Virus record (IMG/VR): IMGVR_UViG_3300032213_003065
Location: 1 to 52,858 of that record
DNA from: a virus
Taxonomy: Duplodnaviria; Caudoviricetes
Length of the DNA: 52,858 nucleotides
Direction: 5' to 3' (one strand)
The notes under the pieces are model-generated. The model was not told where the DNA came from. It did not search any database and saw only the letters and a list, made by a program, of their open reading frames with translations. Both the position numbers and the translations under genes were made by a program. Of this stretch, positions 27,008-36,834 are shown piece after piece. The first letter of the stretch is position 1; every line of letters starts with the position of its first letter.

Positions 27008-27979
27008 TTATTTTTTTAATATGCTCATCCAATATTCAATCATTTCATCCATCATACTTTCAAATGTATATGTTGGTTTCCATCCTAATTCTTCTCTAAT
27101 TTTTGTTGAATCTCCTTTTAAATATGGTAATTCTTCAGGACGTAAGAATTTTTGATTTTGGATTACATATTCTTTATAGTCTAATCCCAATTTTCCAAAC
27201 ACATATTCACACATGTCTCGAACTGATCTTGTTTCACCTGTTGCTACAACCCAATCTCCAGGTTTGTCTTGTTGAAGAATTAAATACATAGCTCTAACAT
27301 AATCATATGAATGACCCCAATCTCTGTAAGCATCCATATTTCCTAATTCTAGTTTATCTAAAATACCTAACTTAATTTCAACAGCACTTTTAACTACTTT
27401 ATTTGTTACAAAATTAGATCCACGTCTTGGTGATTCATGGTTAAATAAAATACCATTTGAAGCGTGTAATTTATAGGCATTACGATAATTACGTACAATA
27501 TTATATCCAAATACTTTAGTACATCCATACGGAGAAACTGGGTTCATTGGTGTTGTTTCTCTTTGGTATCCATCTGCATCAACACTACTACCAAACATTT
27601 CTGATGAAGATGCTTGATAAAATTTAGCATTAGGACATGAACGTCTATATGCTTCTAATATATTTAATACACCTAAAGCATTTGTTTGAGCTGTAAATTG
27701 TGGAATATCATAACTAATTCTAACATGAGATTGTGCTGCAATATTATAGATTTCATCTGGTTGGATTTTATCTAATAAATGTTCAATGCTTGATTGATCT
27801 AAAAGATCTCCATAATAAACATGAATTTTATCTCTTAATGATTCAATTCTATTTTGTTGATGTTCTGGGGTTGAATTTCTTCTAATTATACCATGAACTT
27901 CATATCCTTGTTCAACTAGATATTCTGCTAAATAAGAACCATCTTGTCCTCCTATACCTGTAATAAAGGCTTTTTTCAT
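27008..27979 (-). CDS. gmd: GDP-mannose 4,6-dehydratase
   Basis: ITGIGGQDGSYL, AAQSHV, QASSSEMFG, LFNHESPRRG, RDWGH. Confidence 0.95.
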   Translation of the reverse strand: MKKAFITGIGGQDGSYLAEYLVEQGYEVHGIIRRNSTPEHQQNRIESLRDKIHVYYGDLLDQSSIEHLLDKIQPDEIYNIAAQSHVRISYDIPQFTAQTNALGVLNILEAYRRSCPNAKFYQASSSEMFGSSVDADGYQRETTPMNPVSPYGCTKVFGYNIVRNYRNAYKLHASNGILFNHESPRRGSNFVTNKVVKSAVEIKLGILDKLELGNMDAYRDWGHSYDYVRAMYLILQQDKPGDWVVATGETRSVRDMCEYVFGKLGLDYKEYVIQNQKFLRPEELPYLKGDSTKIREELGWKPTYTFESMMDEMIEYWMSILKK

Positions 27980-27994
27980 ATAACTTATTTTATT

Positions 27995-28585
27995 TTAATC
28001 TTTAAAAATATCCATTTGTGTTAAATCTGGCCAATCTTTTATGGTCCATTGTACAGGTTTTATTTCTATTGCTTTAGGTAATTTATCTAAACCCAATTGA
28101 GCTGTTTCAGGAGTCATATAATAATGATATCCTATCATATCAATATTTTGATCTCTCCATAACACATTTGGATCTCTACCATCATATGACATCTTCTTTA
28201 ATATTTCTGCGGCTTTTTTATTATCTGTTAATATAACACCTCCTCTACCTAAAGCCAAATGCTTCCTAAATTGAAATGAAATATTCATGTAAGTTCCAGG
28301 AATATAACTATTAGGCTTCCAAAGTACAGCTGCATCAATTATTTTATCTGTTACATAATAATAGTCAACCCAGTCTTCATATCTCCATTCTCTATTAATA
28401 TTTAATTTTTCAGCTAAAAACGGGATGGAGAGATATGTATTTTTAGGAACACTTATGTGATCTGATTTTGTGTATCTTAAACATAATTCAACACCATGAG
28501 TGCAGCAATCTACTGCTACCGCATATGGTGATCCAAAAAAATCAGCTATTTTATTTTCAAATTCTGTTATTGTATTAAAACTCAT
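27995..28585 (-). CDS. short DegT/DnrJ-family PLP protein
   Basis: FENKIADFFGSPYAVAV, DAA, SFQFRKHLALGRGG; only 196 aa. Confidence 0.8.
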   Translation of the reverse strand: MSFNTITEFENKIADFFGSPYAVAVDCCTHGVELCLRYTKSDHISVPKNTYLSIPFLAEKLNINREWRYEDWVDYYYVTDKIIDAAVLWKPNSYIPGTYMNISFQFRKHLALGRGGVILTDNKKAAEILKKMSYDGRDPNVLWRDQNIDMIGYHYYMTPETAQLGLDKLPKAIEIKPVQWTIKDWPDLTQMDIFKD

Positions 28586-29087
28586 ATCCTAATTGTTTAG
28601 CATTTTCTATAATTTTGCTTCCATCTATTTTTTTCTTTAATACGGCTGGGTTACCTTGGTATACTCCCCATTCTTCTGTATCACCCATTAATAAACTACC
28701 TGCGGTTAATAATACTCCTTTTCTCAGTCTAGAACCGGGAAGTACGATTGCATTTGTTCCAATATTAGAAAACTCTTCCATAATTACATGTTTTATAATT
28801 TGGGTACCTTTTAATTCTTCTGGAATCATTGCTCCAAATAATCCACTTCCATCAAATCTATCTGAACCACAGATTATCCTGGCTCCAGCCATAATATTAT
28901 TAAAACCTTTACATTCAAATTGTCCATTTTTACCTCCTATGATTGTTACATAAGGACTTATATGTACATAATCTCCTATAGTAGCATTCACAGTACAATA
29001 TGCTCCTTTATCGATTGCAATGTGATCACCTAAAATAGGATCTATTTTGAATTCAACATCACTATGTATGAATACATCTTTACTCAT
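28575..29087 (-). CDS. hexapeptide-repeat (LbH) acyltransferase
   Basis: IGDYVHISP, IGTNAIVLPG, YQGNPA. Confidence 0.9.
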   Translation of the reverse strand: MSKDVFIHSDVEFKIDPILGDHIAIDKGAYCTVNATIGDYVHISPYVTIIGGKNGQFECKGFNNIMAGARIICGSDRFDGSGLFGAMIPEELKGTQIIKHVIMEEFSNIGTNAIVLPGSRLRKGVLLTAGSLLMGDTEEWGVYQGNPAVLKKKIDGSKIIENAKQLGYEF

Positions 29088-29502
29088 TTATAAAGGTTTT
29101 ATCTAAAGATTGACCTTCATATGGGCCAGTTTTATATTCATAAACTAGTGTATTATCTTCTAAAATTATATAATTATGACCACCTTCAAGAGTAAATGAT
29201 GCATCACCGGGGTATAATATAGGTTCAGCGATTATTTGATCATCAATATCATAAAATATACATTTTACACTTCCTTGGATTACAATCCAACTTTCTTGTG
29301 CGATAACGTTTCTAGTTCTTTCTTTCCAAATATGTTTATGAGGTTTAAATGTTTTACCTTCTTCCATATTCAAAATTGCACATTGAATAAAATTATCTTC
29401 AGGTACAACTTCACTTCTACCAGGAACTAAATCTTCTTTTCTTACTATTACATGTAAGAGTTTATCTGATTCTACTTTACTATATATTTTTTCCATTTTC
29501 AA
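29080..29502 (-). CDS. WbuC-like cupin metalloprotein
   Basis: PHKH, QESW, GGHNY, YEYKTGPY. Confidence 0.8.
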   Translation of the reverse strand: MKMEKIYSKVESDKLLHVIVRKEDLVPGRSEVVPEDNFIQCAILNMEEGKTFKPHKHIWKERTRNVIAQESWIVIQGSVKCIFYDIDDQIIAEPILYPGDASFTLEGGHNYIILEDNTLVYEYKTGPYEGQSLDKTFINE

Positions 29503-30634
29503 AAAACTCTTTTATTTTATCACAAACATAATCTACATCTTCAACAGTCATTCCATGATGTGCTCCCAATAAAAATCCATTTTTCATAATTGTATCTGAA
29601 TTTTCAAATGGTTGAAGATATTCTCTATAAATTGGGTGACGAGTTACGTTACCAGCAAATGTTACTCTTGTTTGGATGTTATTATTTTCTAAGAATGTTA
29701 ATAATTCTAAACGTCTTTCTGTCTGTAATGGAATTGCTAACCAATTTGGTTTAATACTATCATCAGGTAATACAATTTCACTTACATCCTTAAGATTTTC
29801 TAAATAACGCTCAAAATTAGCTCTACGAATATCTTCAAATTTCTTAAAACGTTCTAGTTGTATTAAACCAAATGCTGCACTCATTTCAGAGCATTTAAAA
29901 TTATATCCTAAAACACTATATAAAAATTTATGATCATAAGGAATACCATCTACACTATGATTAAAACGATCATCCATAATTTCAGAGTTATCACCCATAC
30001 GACCCCAATCCCTATATTGTAATGCTCGGTCAACATGTTTTTTATCATTGAACATTACCATACCACCTGTTCCACCAGCTGTAATAACATGACTAGCATA
30101 AAAACTAGTAGTCGCAACATCTGTTTCTTCAGTATATGTAATTGTATCAGCTGAGTCTTCGATTACTATAATATCTTCTCTTCCAATTCTTTTTAATTCT
30201 GAACGTAATGCTTTCCAGTCTGGTTTGTTTCCAATTAGGTTAGGAATCATAATTGCTTTAACGTCATCAGTAATTACATCCATTACATCTTTAACTAAAG
30301 GAACATATGCTGTTAAATCAACATCTACAAATACAGGTTTAAAACCTAACTGAATAATAGGGGCTAATGTTGTTGAGAATGTACAAGCAGGAGTAATTAT
30401 TTTGCATCCCTTAGGTAAATCTAAAGCTGCAATAGCTAATAAACATGCTGAAGATCCAGAATTAACAAACACCCCATATTTTTTACCAAAACGTTTAGCT
30501 ATTTTTTCTTCAAATTCTATAGAACGAGGACCAAATCCAGCTAACCAACCATCTCTAAGACATTGTTCTACAGCTTTAATTTCTTCTTCTCCATAAGATT
30601 CAAACTTATTGGGAGCATACCATACTTTTTTCAT
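29480..30634 (-). CDS. DegT-family PLP/PMP-dependent NDP-4-keto-6-deoxyhexose 3-dehydratase (RfbH/ColD-like)
   Basis: VNSGSSA, EDSAD, SFYASHVIT (His at the Schiff-base Lys position), YDHKFLYSVLGYN. Confidence 0.8.
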   Translation of the reverse strand: MKKVWYAPNKFESYGEEEIKAVEQCLRDGWLAGFGPRSIEFEEKIAKRFGKKYGVFVNSGSSACLLAIAALDLPKGCKIITPACTFSTTLAPIIQLGFKPVFVDVDLTAYVPLVKDVMDVITDDVKAIMIPNLIGNKPDWKALRSELKRIGREDIIVIEDSADTITYTEETDVATTSFYASHVITAGGTGGMVMFNDKKHVDRALQYRDWGRMGDNSEIMDDRFNHSVDGIPYDHKFLYSVLGYNFKCSEMSAAFGLIQLERFKKFEDIRRANFERYLENLKDVSEIVLPDDSIKPNWLAIPLQTERRLELLTFLENNNIQTRVTFAGNVTRHPIYREYLQPFENSDTIMKNGFLLGAHHGMTVEDVDYVCDKIKEFFENGKNI

Positions 30635-30643
30635 ATTATTGTT

Positions 30644-31267
30644 TTATAAATTATTATATAAATTATTCTGTTTTTCTTGTTTCTGAATTGTTTTATGATG
30701 TTGTAAAGATAATGATGGGTCTTCAGGAAGCCAAGTGTATGTAGAATATCCTACTATTTTTTCATGTACTTTTCCTTCCCATTGAATTTTTGGGTAGTCT
30801 TTTTTATATATTCTCCATTGATAATCAGGCCAGTTTACCCAACCTTCAGAATTAACTCTCCATCCCCATTTTTGGATATGTTCATCTGTTAAACCATCTA
30901 CAGTATTAACTCTTGGAACTAAAATAACATCAATATCATTTGTAGATAATATTTCAGGTAAATTTTCCATTAAACTGGTATGAGGAATTTCATCTGCGTC
31001 TATTTGGAATATGTAATTTCCAGAGCATAATGCAGTTAGATAATTTTTTAATTCAGCAAAGTTGTTATTAAATGAGTAAGGATACCATCTAAATTCATTA
31101 TTTACAGAATGGGTTTGAAGAAATTCTTCTACTCCTTTACTCCCATTTATAATGTCGTACACTATAACTATTTCATCTTGTTTACGTTTATATTTGAGTA
31201 AATGTGAAACTAAACGTTGAATTTCAACAAATTCATTACAAACAGTAATAGCATAACTTATTTTCAT
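30644..31267 (-). CDS. glycosyltransferase family 2
   Basis: ISYAITVCNE, IFQIDADE, PDYQWRIY, VHE. Confidence 0.85.
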   Translation of the reverse strand: MKISYAITVCNEFVEIQRLVSHLLKYKRKQDEIVIVYDIINGSKGVEEFLQTHSVNNEFRWYPYSFNNNFAELKNYLTALCSGNYIFQIDADEIPHTSLMENLPEILSTNDIDVILVPRVNTVDGLTDEHIQKWGWRVNSEGWVNWPDYQWRIYKKDYPKIQWEGKVHEKIVGYSTYTWLPEDPSLSLQHHKTIQKQEKQNNLYNNL

Positions 31268-31268
31268 A

Positions 31269-31517
31269 TTAATATATGTTTAATATTTGTTGGTTTTTAT
31301 CATAAAGGTAGGTGATTTTAAAGTTGGAATCATAGTAATCTTTAACGGTATCAACATTAAAACCCCCAAACCCCATATACTGCATAAACAATTGTTGGAA
31401 TGTGTTTATATCAAAAGTAAATGATGTATTTTTATTGAATATATTATAATATTCATATATTAACGATATATCAAATCTATTTATTTTCAACATTTCAATA
31501 TATTGTTCTCTACTCAT
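31269..31517 (-). CDS. hypothetical protein
   Basis: 82-aa ORF with class-B promoter at ~31533. Confidence 0.65.
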   Translation of the reverse strand: MSREQYIEMLKINRFDISLIYEYYNIFNKNTSFTFDINTFQQLFMQYMGFGGFNVDTVKDYYDSNFKITYLYDKNQQILNIY

Positions 31518-31551
31518 AACTTATTTTTGGATTGAATATACGAATAATATT

Positions 31552-32019
31552 TTAAGAATCCAAATTTGATTCGAACACACCAATGTATTCTAATGCTTCT
31601 ATGAAGTCTTTTTCTTCAAATTCTTTTAGTGTATTCATATCCATTCTCCACTCATAGTATTCTCCTTTTTTATGTGGATTTGGATATTTGGTTTTTTCTT
31701 CTTCCTTAACAGGAACTGCTTTAACTGCCGCCCATTTCCAATTAATGGAACTTGAACCATTAGCAAAAACCATACCTTGAGAAGGGACATTGATTGTTGT
31801 AGGCATCCAAACTTTTCCACTTTCATCTTCACCCATCAATTCTTTATATAGGTTTGGAAGTGTTTCCATTTGTTCTTTTAAAAATTCCGAATCAGCAGTC
31901 ATTACTGTACTGGATTGGAATCCACATCCATAGCAAAAGTGATTTTTGATTGTTTCGTTTACTTCAGTAACATAACAAGCATCACTTCCACATCTATCAC
32001 ATATTATTAAATTATCCAT
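31552..32019 (-). CDS. zinc-ribbon-containing hypothetical protein
   Basis: CDRCGSDAC ... CYGCGF. Confidence 0.8.
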   Translation of the reverse strand: MDNLIICDRCGSDACYVTEVNETIKNHFCYGCGFQSSTVMTADSEFLKEQMETLPNLYKELMGEDESGKVWMPTTINVPSQGMVFANGSSSINWKWAAVKAVPVKEEEKTKYPNPHKKGEYYEWRMDMNTLKEFEEKDFIEALEYIGVFESNLDS

Positions 32020-32039
32020 TTGATTCTACTTTTTTTAAT

Positions 32040-32582
32040 TTATTTTTTAGTTACATACCAGGTATTATCTTCTTCAAAATAGCCCTTATTAAATTCAAAT
32101 TCACCTTTATTTAATTTTCTAAACATGTTCTGGAAGTAACTTAATCGATCATCTTCAAGGCCATCTCCATCATATGGTTCAAATTTTATACCTTCACTTT
32201 CCGTGGTTTTTAAGAATGGAATAATCTCACTATCCATTACTTTTTGTAAAAATAAGGCTTTGGGTAAACGATTAGGATCATTATCATCCCATTTAAATTG
32301 ATCTTCGGAGTTGGGCGCATTTAAATTTCCAAACTTTAATTCCCAAAAATTATCATTTGGATCATAAACTAATCTAACTTCAAAAGGAAAACTATCATTA
32401 GTTCCTTTAAATTCTTTTGGTTTAAATATTATAGTATTTCCTTGATTTAACTTTCTTATACCCCATTGAGTTATCTCAGTAAGAATATATTGTTTAGTAG
32501 CCTCTTTTCTTTCTGTTAAATTAGGGTATTGTTTTCCTAATTTCTGGTATATTTCATTAGCTAATATTGTTAATACTCTCAT
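32040..32582 (-). CDS. hypothetical protein (possible head cargo; LANE/LTE motifs)
   Basis: 180-aa ORF; N-terminal ILANE, LTE, ILTE. Confidence 0.7.
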   Translation of the reverse strand: MRVLTILANEIYQKLGKQYPNLTERKEATKQYILTEITQWGIRKLNQGNTIIFKPKEFKGTNDSFPFEVRLVYDPNDNFWELKFGNLNAPNSEDQFKWDDNDPNRLPKALFLQKVMDSEIIPFLKTTESEGIKFEPYDGDGLEDDRLSYFQNMFRKLNKGEFEFNKGYFEEDNTWYVTKK

Positions 32583-32590
32583 TTTATTTT

Positions 32591-33904
32591 TTATTTTATT
32601 TTTTTCAATTTAGGTAATTCAATTTTTTTAAGTTGAGGTAATTTTAACTCGACTTTTTTAGCTATTTCAGGTACATTTTTAGATAAAATACCATCCAATT
32701 GTTCTTTCATTTTCTCGAAACTAAAATTATTTCTACTATAGTATCCTTGACGTTTACCATTTACTGTCCAATCTTTATAGTTCTCAAATACTTTATTCAT
32801 ATTATATCCTATTTGGCCAAAATCAGGAGTAAACCATTGAGATCCTTCAATTAACATATCTTTTACTTGAGCTGATGGATGGATTGGTTTTACTTGTCCA
32901 TCTATTAAAGCTGTAAATTCTGGGTTTAGAAAATCTAAATGACCTGACCAGTTTGAAGCTATAATTGGTTTATTTGTTAAACTAAATTCAAGTAATGGTC
33001 TTCCAAATCCTTCACCTTTAGTTAAGCTAACCATAGCTTTTACTTTAGGGTGATTATATAATTCATTTATTTCAGTATCTGTAAATTCACCACATAATAG
33101 ATAAATGTTTGGTAGGTTTTTACTTGGAACAGATTTACGGATTGTATCTATTCTTTTTTGTATTTCTCTTCTATCCATATAAGAAGAACCAACCATGCTT
33201 GTTTTTAAGATAAGTGCAGGTGCATTTTTTTTATTTTTAAACAATTCATAAAATGCTTTGATTAACAAACCAACATTTTTTCTATCTTCACCTATATCTC
33301 CTTGCATCCAATGTCCTACAAATAAAAAGGCAAATGATTCTTTAATTGAATTTATATCTGTTAATAAATTTTTCTCAGTTATTTCTCCAATTTTTAATGG
33401 TTTGTATGTATCTAAATTAGCTCCTTCAATTAATACTTCAACTGGAGTAGTTAATTTGATTTCACCTTGTTGTCCTGTTTGAGGATTTTGGAAATTGAAT
33501 TTTGTTTCTTGAAATACTTTTTTAGAATGTTCTGATGATACTAAAACAATATTCATTTTATTACATCCTTCTAACCATTGTGGAGCACAAGCTGTAGTTT
33601 CAATGCCAGCTGTTAATCCTATATTGTATTTTCCAATTGCTTGAAATTCATTTGGTACAGTGATTTGACACCAAATGTCAGGTTGTTCAGTTAATTGTCC
33701 ATTAACTAAATGTTTAGATAGAAACCCCCATTCTTCTTTATGGTTTTCAATAAACCCAAATGGTGTACTACCCCATCTCTGAGGTAATACTTTAACATCA
33801 TATCTATCTAATTCTATAAGTGATTTAACGAAATCTCTTGAACGTGCACCATAACCTGAATATGTGTCTATAGGGCAACTTACATAAAATGTATTTTTAT
33901 TCAT
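32591..33904 (-). CDS. GT-B glycosyltransferase (GT4-like)
   Basis: TYSGYG, DRKNV, GEGFGRPLLE, SGHLDFL. Confidence 0.9.
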   Translation of the reverse strand: MNKNTFYVSCPIDTYSGYGARSRDFVKSLIELDRYDVKVLPQRWGSTPFGFIENHKEEWGFLSKHLVNGQLTEQPDIWCQITVPNEFQAIGKYNIGLTAGIETTACAPQWLEGCNKMNIVLVSSEHSKKVFQETKFNFQNPQTGQQGEIKLTTPVEVLIEGANLDTYKPLKIGEITEKNLLTDINSIKESFAFLFVGHWMQGDIGEDRKNVGLLIKAFYELFKNKKNAPALILKTSMVGSSYMDRREIQKRIDTIRKSVPSKNLPNIYLLCGEFTDTEINELYNHPKVKAMVSLTKGEGFGRPLLEFSLTNKPIIASNWSGHLDFLNPEFTALIDGQVKPIHPSAQVKDMLIEGSQWFTPDFGQIGYNMNKVFENYKDWTVNGKRQGYYSRNNFSFEKMKEQLDGILSKNVPEIAKKVELKLPQLKKIELPKLKKIK

Positions 33905-33912
33905 ATAACTTA

Positions 33913-35343
33913 TTAATATATTAAAGCGTGTTTTAATGTTCTTGGTTCAAAATCGGTGTCTTTTAGAAATTCATATTTTTCTCTTGGTTTCCAAGTTGAA
34001 AATAACTCATCCATTCCTTCAATAATTCTATTAGACATTTTTATAGATGTAAATCCTGCTTCATCTCCTGTAGCCCATTCTTTACCTGCTGCTCCTCTTT
34101 CTTGTCTTTCTTCTTTACTCATATTGTAAAGATTTAAAATTTGTTCAGTAGCATCTTCAGGACGACATCTATCATCAAAGATATAAGGGGTAGGTACAGA
34201 GCCAACTAAAGACATATTACTTGGAAATACTGGTAGAGCCCATTTACCACATAATCCAAATGTACCTCTGTGGTTTGAAGGTATTTCTGGAGATGGTGTA
34301 AACCATTTTCCATCTGCATCTATGAATCTCATTTGATCTTGCATTCCACCTGTTACGTTTGCTATAATAGGTGTTCCTGATAGTAATGCTTCAGTTAATG
34401 CTAATCCCCATCCTTCATTTGATGTTAATAAGATAACACCATCTGCTATATTGTATAGGAAGTTCATTCCATTACCATCAAATTTACCATTAGTAAATTT
34501 AACATTACAATATTCTTCAGGACACAAATATTCTATTACTGCGGGTAGATCAGTTCCATTATCATCTACTGGGTCTGTATGGAGTAAAAGTAAACATTTT
34601 TTTGCTTTTTCTTCTCCAATTTGATCACAAAATAATCTCCAAGCTAAAATTGTATCTGGAATTGATTTACGTCTAATGTTTCTTGAGTTAAATAACAAAA
34701 CAAATTCATATTCTTCATTTCCTAAAATTTGTTTTTTAAATTTAGCTAATTCTTCATTTTTAGGATCAACTGGTTTGAATGTATGTTCATTTAAACCATG
34801 AGGAACATATTTAATTACTTTATTTTTAGCTTTATCACCTAAAACTATTTCATTGATATTTACTGTTTGTTTTGAAATTCCAAACAATGCATCACAAGAT
34901 TCATAGAATTCTTTATTATACATTGGAGCTGGATAGTCATCCCAAATGTTAAGATAAGCAATTGGAATTTTCTTTCTAATTTCATTTTCAATTTGAAATA
35001 ACCAAGTAAAATATCTTGGATCTGTAATTAAGAAAATGGCATCAATTTTTTCCATTTCCATGATTTGTCTAACTAGATCTGGATTTCCATACCCATCAGT
35101 AGGATATAGTATAACTGAAGCATCTTCTATACCATTCATTTTCCCAGTATCTCCAGATAAATCTAAACGTTTACCTTTTTCTGGGTGATTAATTGCTCCA
35201 GCTAATTGAACCCAATTGTATCTATGGGATGTGTGAATAACCATTTCACGGGCAATATGAGCTACACCTGAGTGTACTCTTATGTCATCTGTAAGTAACA
35301 AGATTTTTTTACGATCCTCTCTTTTAATGTAACCTTCTTTCAT
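33913..35343 (-). CDS. GT-B glycosyltransferase (GT4-like)
   Basis: HSGVA, VPHG, RNIRRK, NEGWGLALTEA, TGGMQDQ. Confidence 0.9.
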   Translation of the reverse strand: MKEGYIKREDRKKILLLTDDIRVHSGVAHIAREMVIHTSHRYNWVQLAGAINHPEKGKRLDLSGDTGKMNGIEDASVILYPTDGYGNPDLVRQIMEMEKIDAIFLITDPRYFTWLFQIENEIRKKIPIAYLNIWDDYPAPMYNKEFYESCDALFGISKQTVNINEIVLGDKAKNKVIKYVPHGLNEHTFKPVDPKNEELAKFKKQILGNEEYEFVLLFNSRNIRRKSIPDTILAWRLFCDQIGEEKAKKCLLLLHTDPVDDNGTDLPAVIEYLCPEEYCNVKFTNGKFDGNGMNFLYNIADGVILLTSNEGWGLALTEALLSGTPIIANVTGGMQDQMRFIDADGKWFTPSPEIPSNHRGTFGLCGKWALPVFPSNMSLVGSVPTPYIFDDRCRPEDATEQILNLYNMSKEERQERGAAGKEWATGDEAGFTSIKMSNRIIEGMDELFSTWKPREKYEFLKDTDFEPRTLKHALIY

Positions 35344-35399
35344 TTAATATTTTATTTTAATTTAATATACAAAACATTTTTTAAGTATCCAAATATTGA

Positions 35400-35597
35400 T
35401 TATTCTTCTATAGAATCTGCAATGGTTGTATTGTGGATCATTTTTCTAAAATCTTCATTTGTTAAATACAAAAAAACACCTCTATCAGCTAATTTTTGAA
35501 ATGAAAATTTTCTTTTAACACATTGAATTTTGAATTCTTCAAACATGTCACTTTGGATTTTTACACTTGTTAATGTTAATTCTTTTTTAGTACTCAT
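35400..35597 (-). CDS. small ribbon-helix-helix-like DNA-binding protein
   Basis: LTSVKIQSDMFEEFK beta-alpha-alpha pattern. Confidence 0.65.
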   Translation of the reverse strand: MSTKKELTLTSVKIQSDMFEEFKIQCVKRKFSFQKLADRGVFLYLTNEDFRKMIHNTTIADSIEE

Positions 35598-35647
35598 AAT
35601 ATTATATTTATTTTTTAATTATATACGATGATACATATATAAAGATT

Positions 35648-36595
35648 CTATAAAGATGCAGAGCACAATTCTTTATTATCTTTATATGGACAAAAGAAAC
35701 AAGTTTTTTGAGATGGGGTAGGTGTATGGGATTTGTTTTTATACCCATTTTCATCAAATACTTCTTCAATAAAATCATTTAATGCAGTATTGGCTTTACT
35801 TAATTTTATTTTACCTGAAGGTGGAATAAAGTCTTGAATTCTTGAGATAGGGAAATCAGCATTTTCATATATTTTTCTTCTTAAAATGAAAAATTTAATA
35901 CTAATACTATCTATTGGAATATTAAATTGAGCCGAAAGGAATTGTTTATACAGTATTAATTGAAATTGTTTATCCTCATCTTTTTTAGTATCAGCATCCC
36001 AGCCTCTAGTACTGGTTTTAATGTCGATTATTTCAAATGTATTGGTTGGTTCATGATATAACACGACATCCAAGAATCCCTGATATATAACATTATTAAA
36101 TCCAGGGTGTGGTGTAATTGATATTGGGACTTCACATCCTACTAGATAATATCCTTTTTTAGAAAAATATAAGTTACGTTTTTTCTTTAAGTAAGATAAT
36201 ATTTTAAGACCATCCTCAAAAAATTCTCTCAATTCTTCAGATGAACTAAAATGTTGTTTTTTATTTTTATCATATTGAGTTTTATATTCGTTTCGATATG
36301 CTTCTTCAAATATAGATTCAATATCTTCTCTATCAGCTTCTGCTCCACTTTTTTCATACATAACATCTAAATAATGTTGAATGGCAACATGAAGTGCAGT
36401 TCCAAACACAGTATGAATAGTTGAAGTAAATACTTTATACCCGTCTTTATATTGAAGAGACCACCTGTGAGGACAACTTCTATATAAAGATAGTTGGGAA
36501 TAAGAAATGTTTTTTTGAAAGGAGTAGTCTATTTCTCCTTGTTTAAAACTTCTTATTTCCTTAACTATTTGAGGTATTTTTTTACTTTTAGTCAT
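35648..36595 (-). CDS. PD-(D/E)XK nuclease (Cas4/RecB-like exonuclease)
   Basis: SYSQL-x4-CP, FGTALH, GFLD, IIDIKT, QLILY, C-terminal CFFCPY...C. Confidence 0.9.
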   Translation of the reverse strand: MTKSKKIPQIVKEIRSFKQGEIDYSFQKNISYSQLSLYRSCPHRWSLQYKDGYKVFTSTIHTVFGTALHVAIQHYLDVMYEKSGAEADREDIESIFEEAYRNEYKTQYDKNKKQHFSSSEELREFFEDGLKILSYLKKKRNLYFSKKGYYLVGCEVPISITPHPGFNNVIYQGFLDVVLYHEPTNTFEIIDIKTSTRGWDADTKKDEDKQFQLILYKQFLSAQFNIPIDSISIKFFILRRKIYENADFPISRIQDFIPPSGKIKLSKANTALNDFIEEVFDENGYKNKSHTPTPSQKTCFFCPYKDNKELCSASL

Positions 36596-36597
36596 AT

Positions 36598-36834
36598 TTA
36601 AAATTGTGGATCATATTCAGCTTCTTCTATTTTTTTTCTATTTTCTATTTCTCTGTTTAGATACCAGGCTGCTTTTTCAAGTTCTTGGATTTCTCTATCT
36701 TTTTTTCCACATCTGGAGATATATTTTAAAACATTTCCTATATTAAAATTAGCATTCCATGCTTCTATTACTTTAATAGCTTCATATGGATTACTTTCTC
36801 CCCCATAATGTTTTGGATGATTTACTTTGTCCAT
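36598..36834 (-). CDS. DUF3310 protein (T7 gp1.7-like nucleotide kinase domain)
   Basis: VNHPKHY, GNVLKYISRCGKK, LEKAAWYL. Confidence 0.9.
   Translation of the reverse strand: MDKVNHPKHYGGESNPYEAIKVIEAWNANFNIGNVLKYISRCGKKDREIQELEKAAWYLNREIENRKKIEEAEYDPQF

Noticed and set aside
18249-31267. Bacterial chromosomal O-antigen locus
   Set aside because: No flippase, polymerase, chain-length or initiating transferase genes; it is continuous with T4-like replication genes and shares the phage promoter motifs
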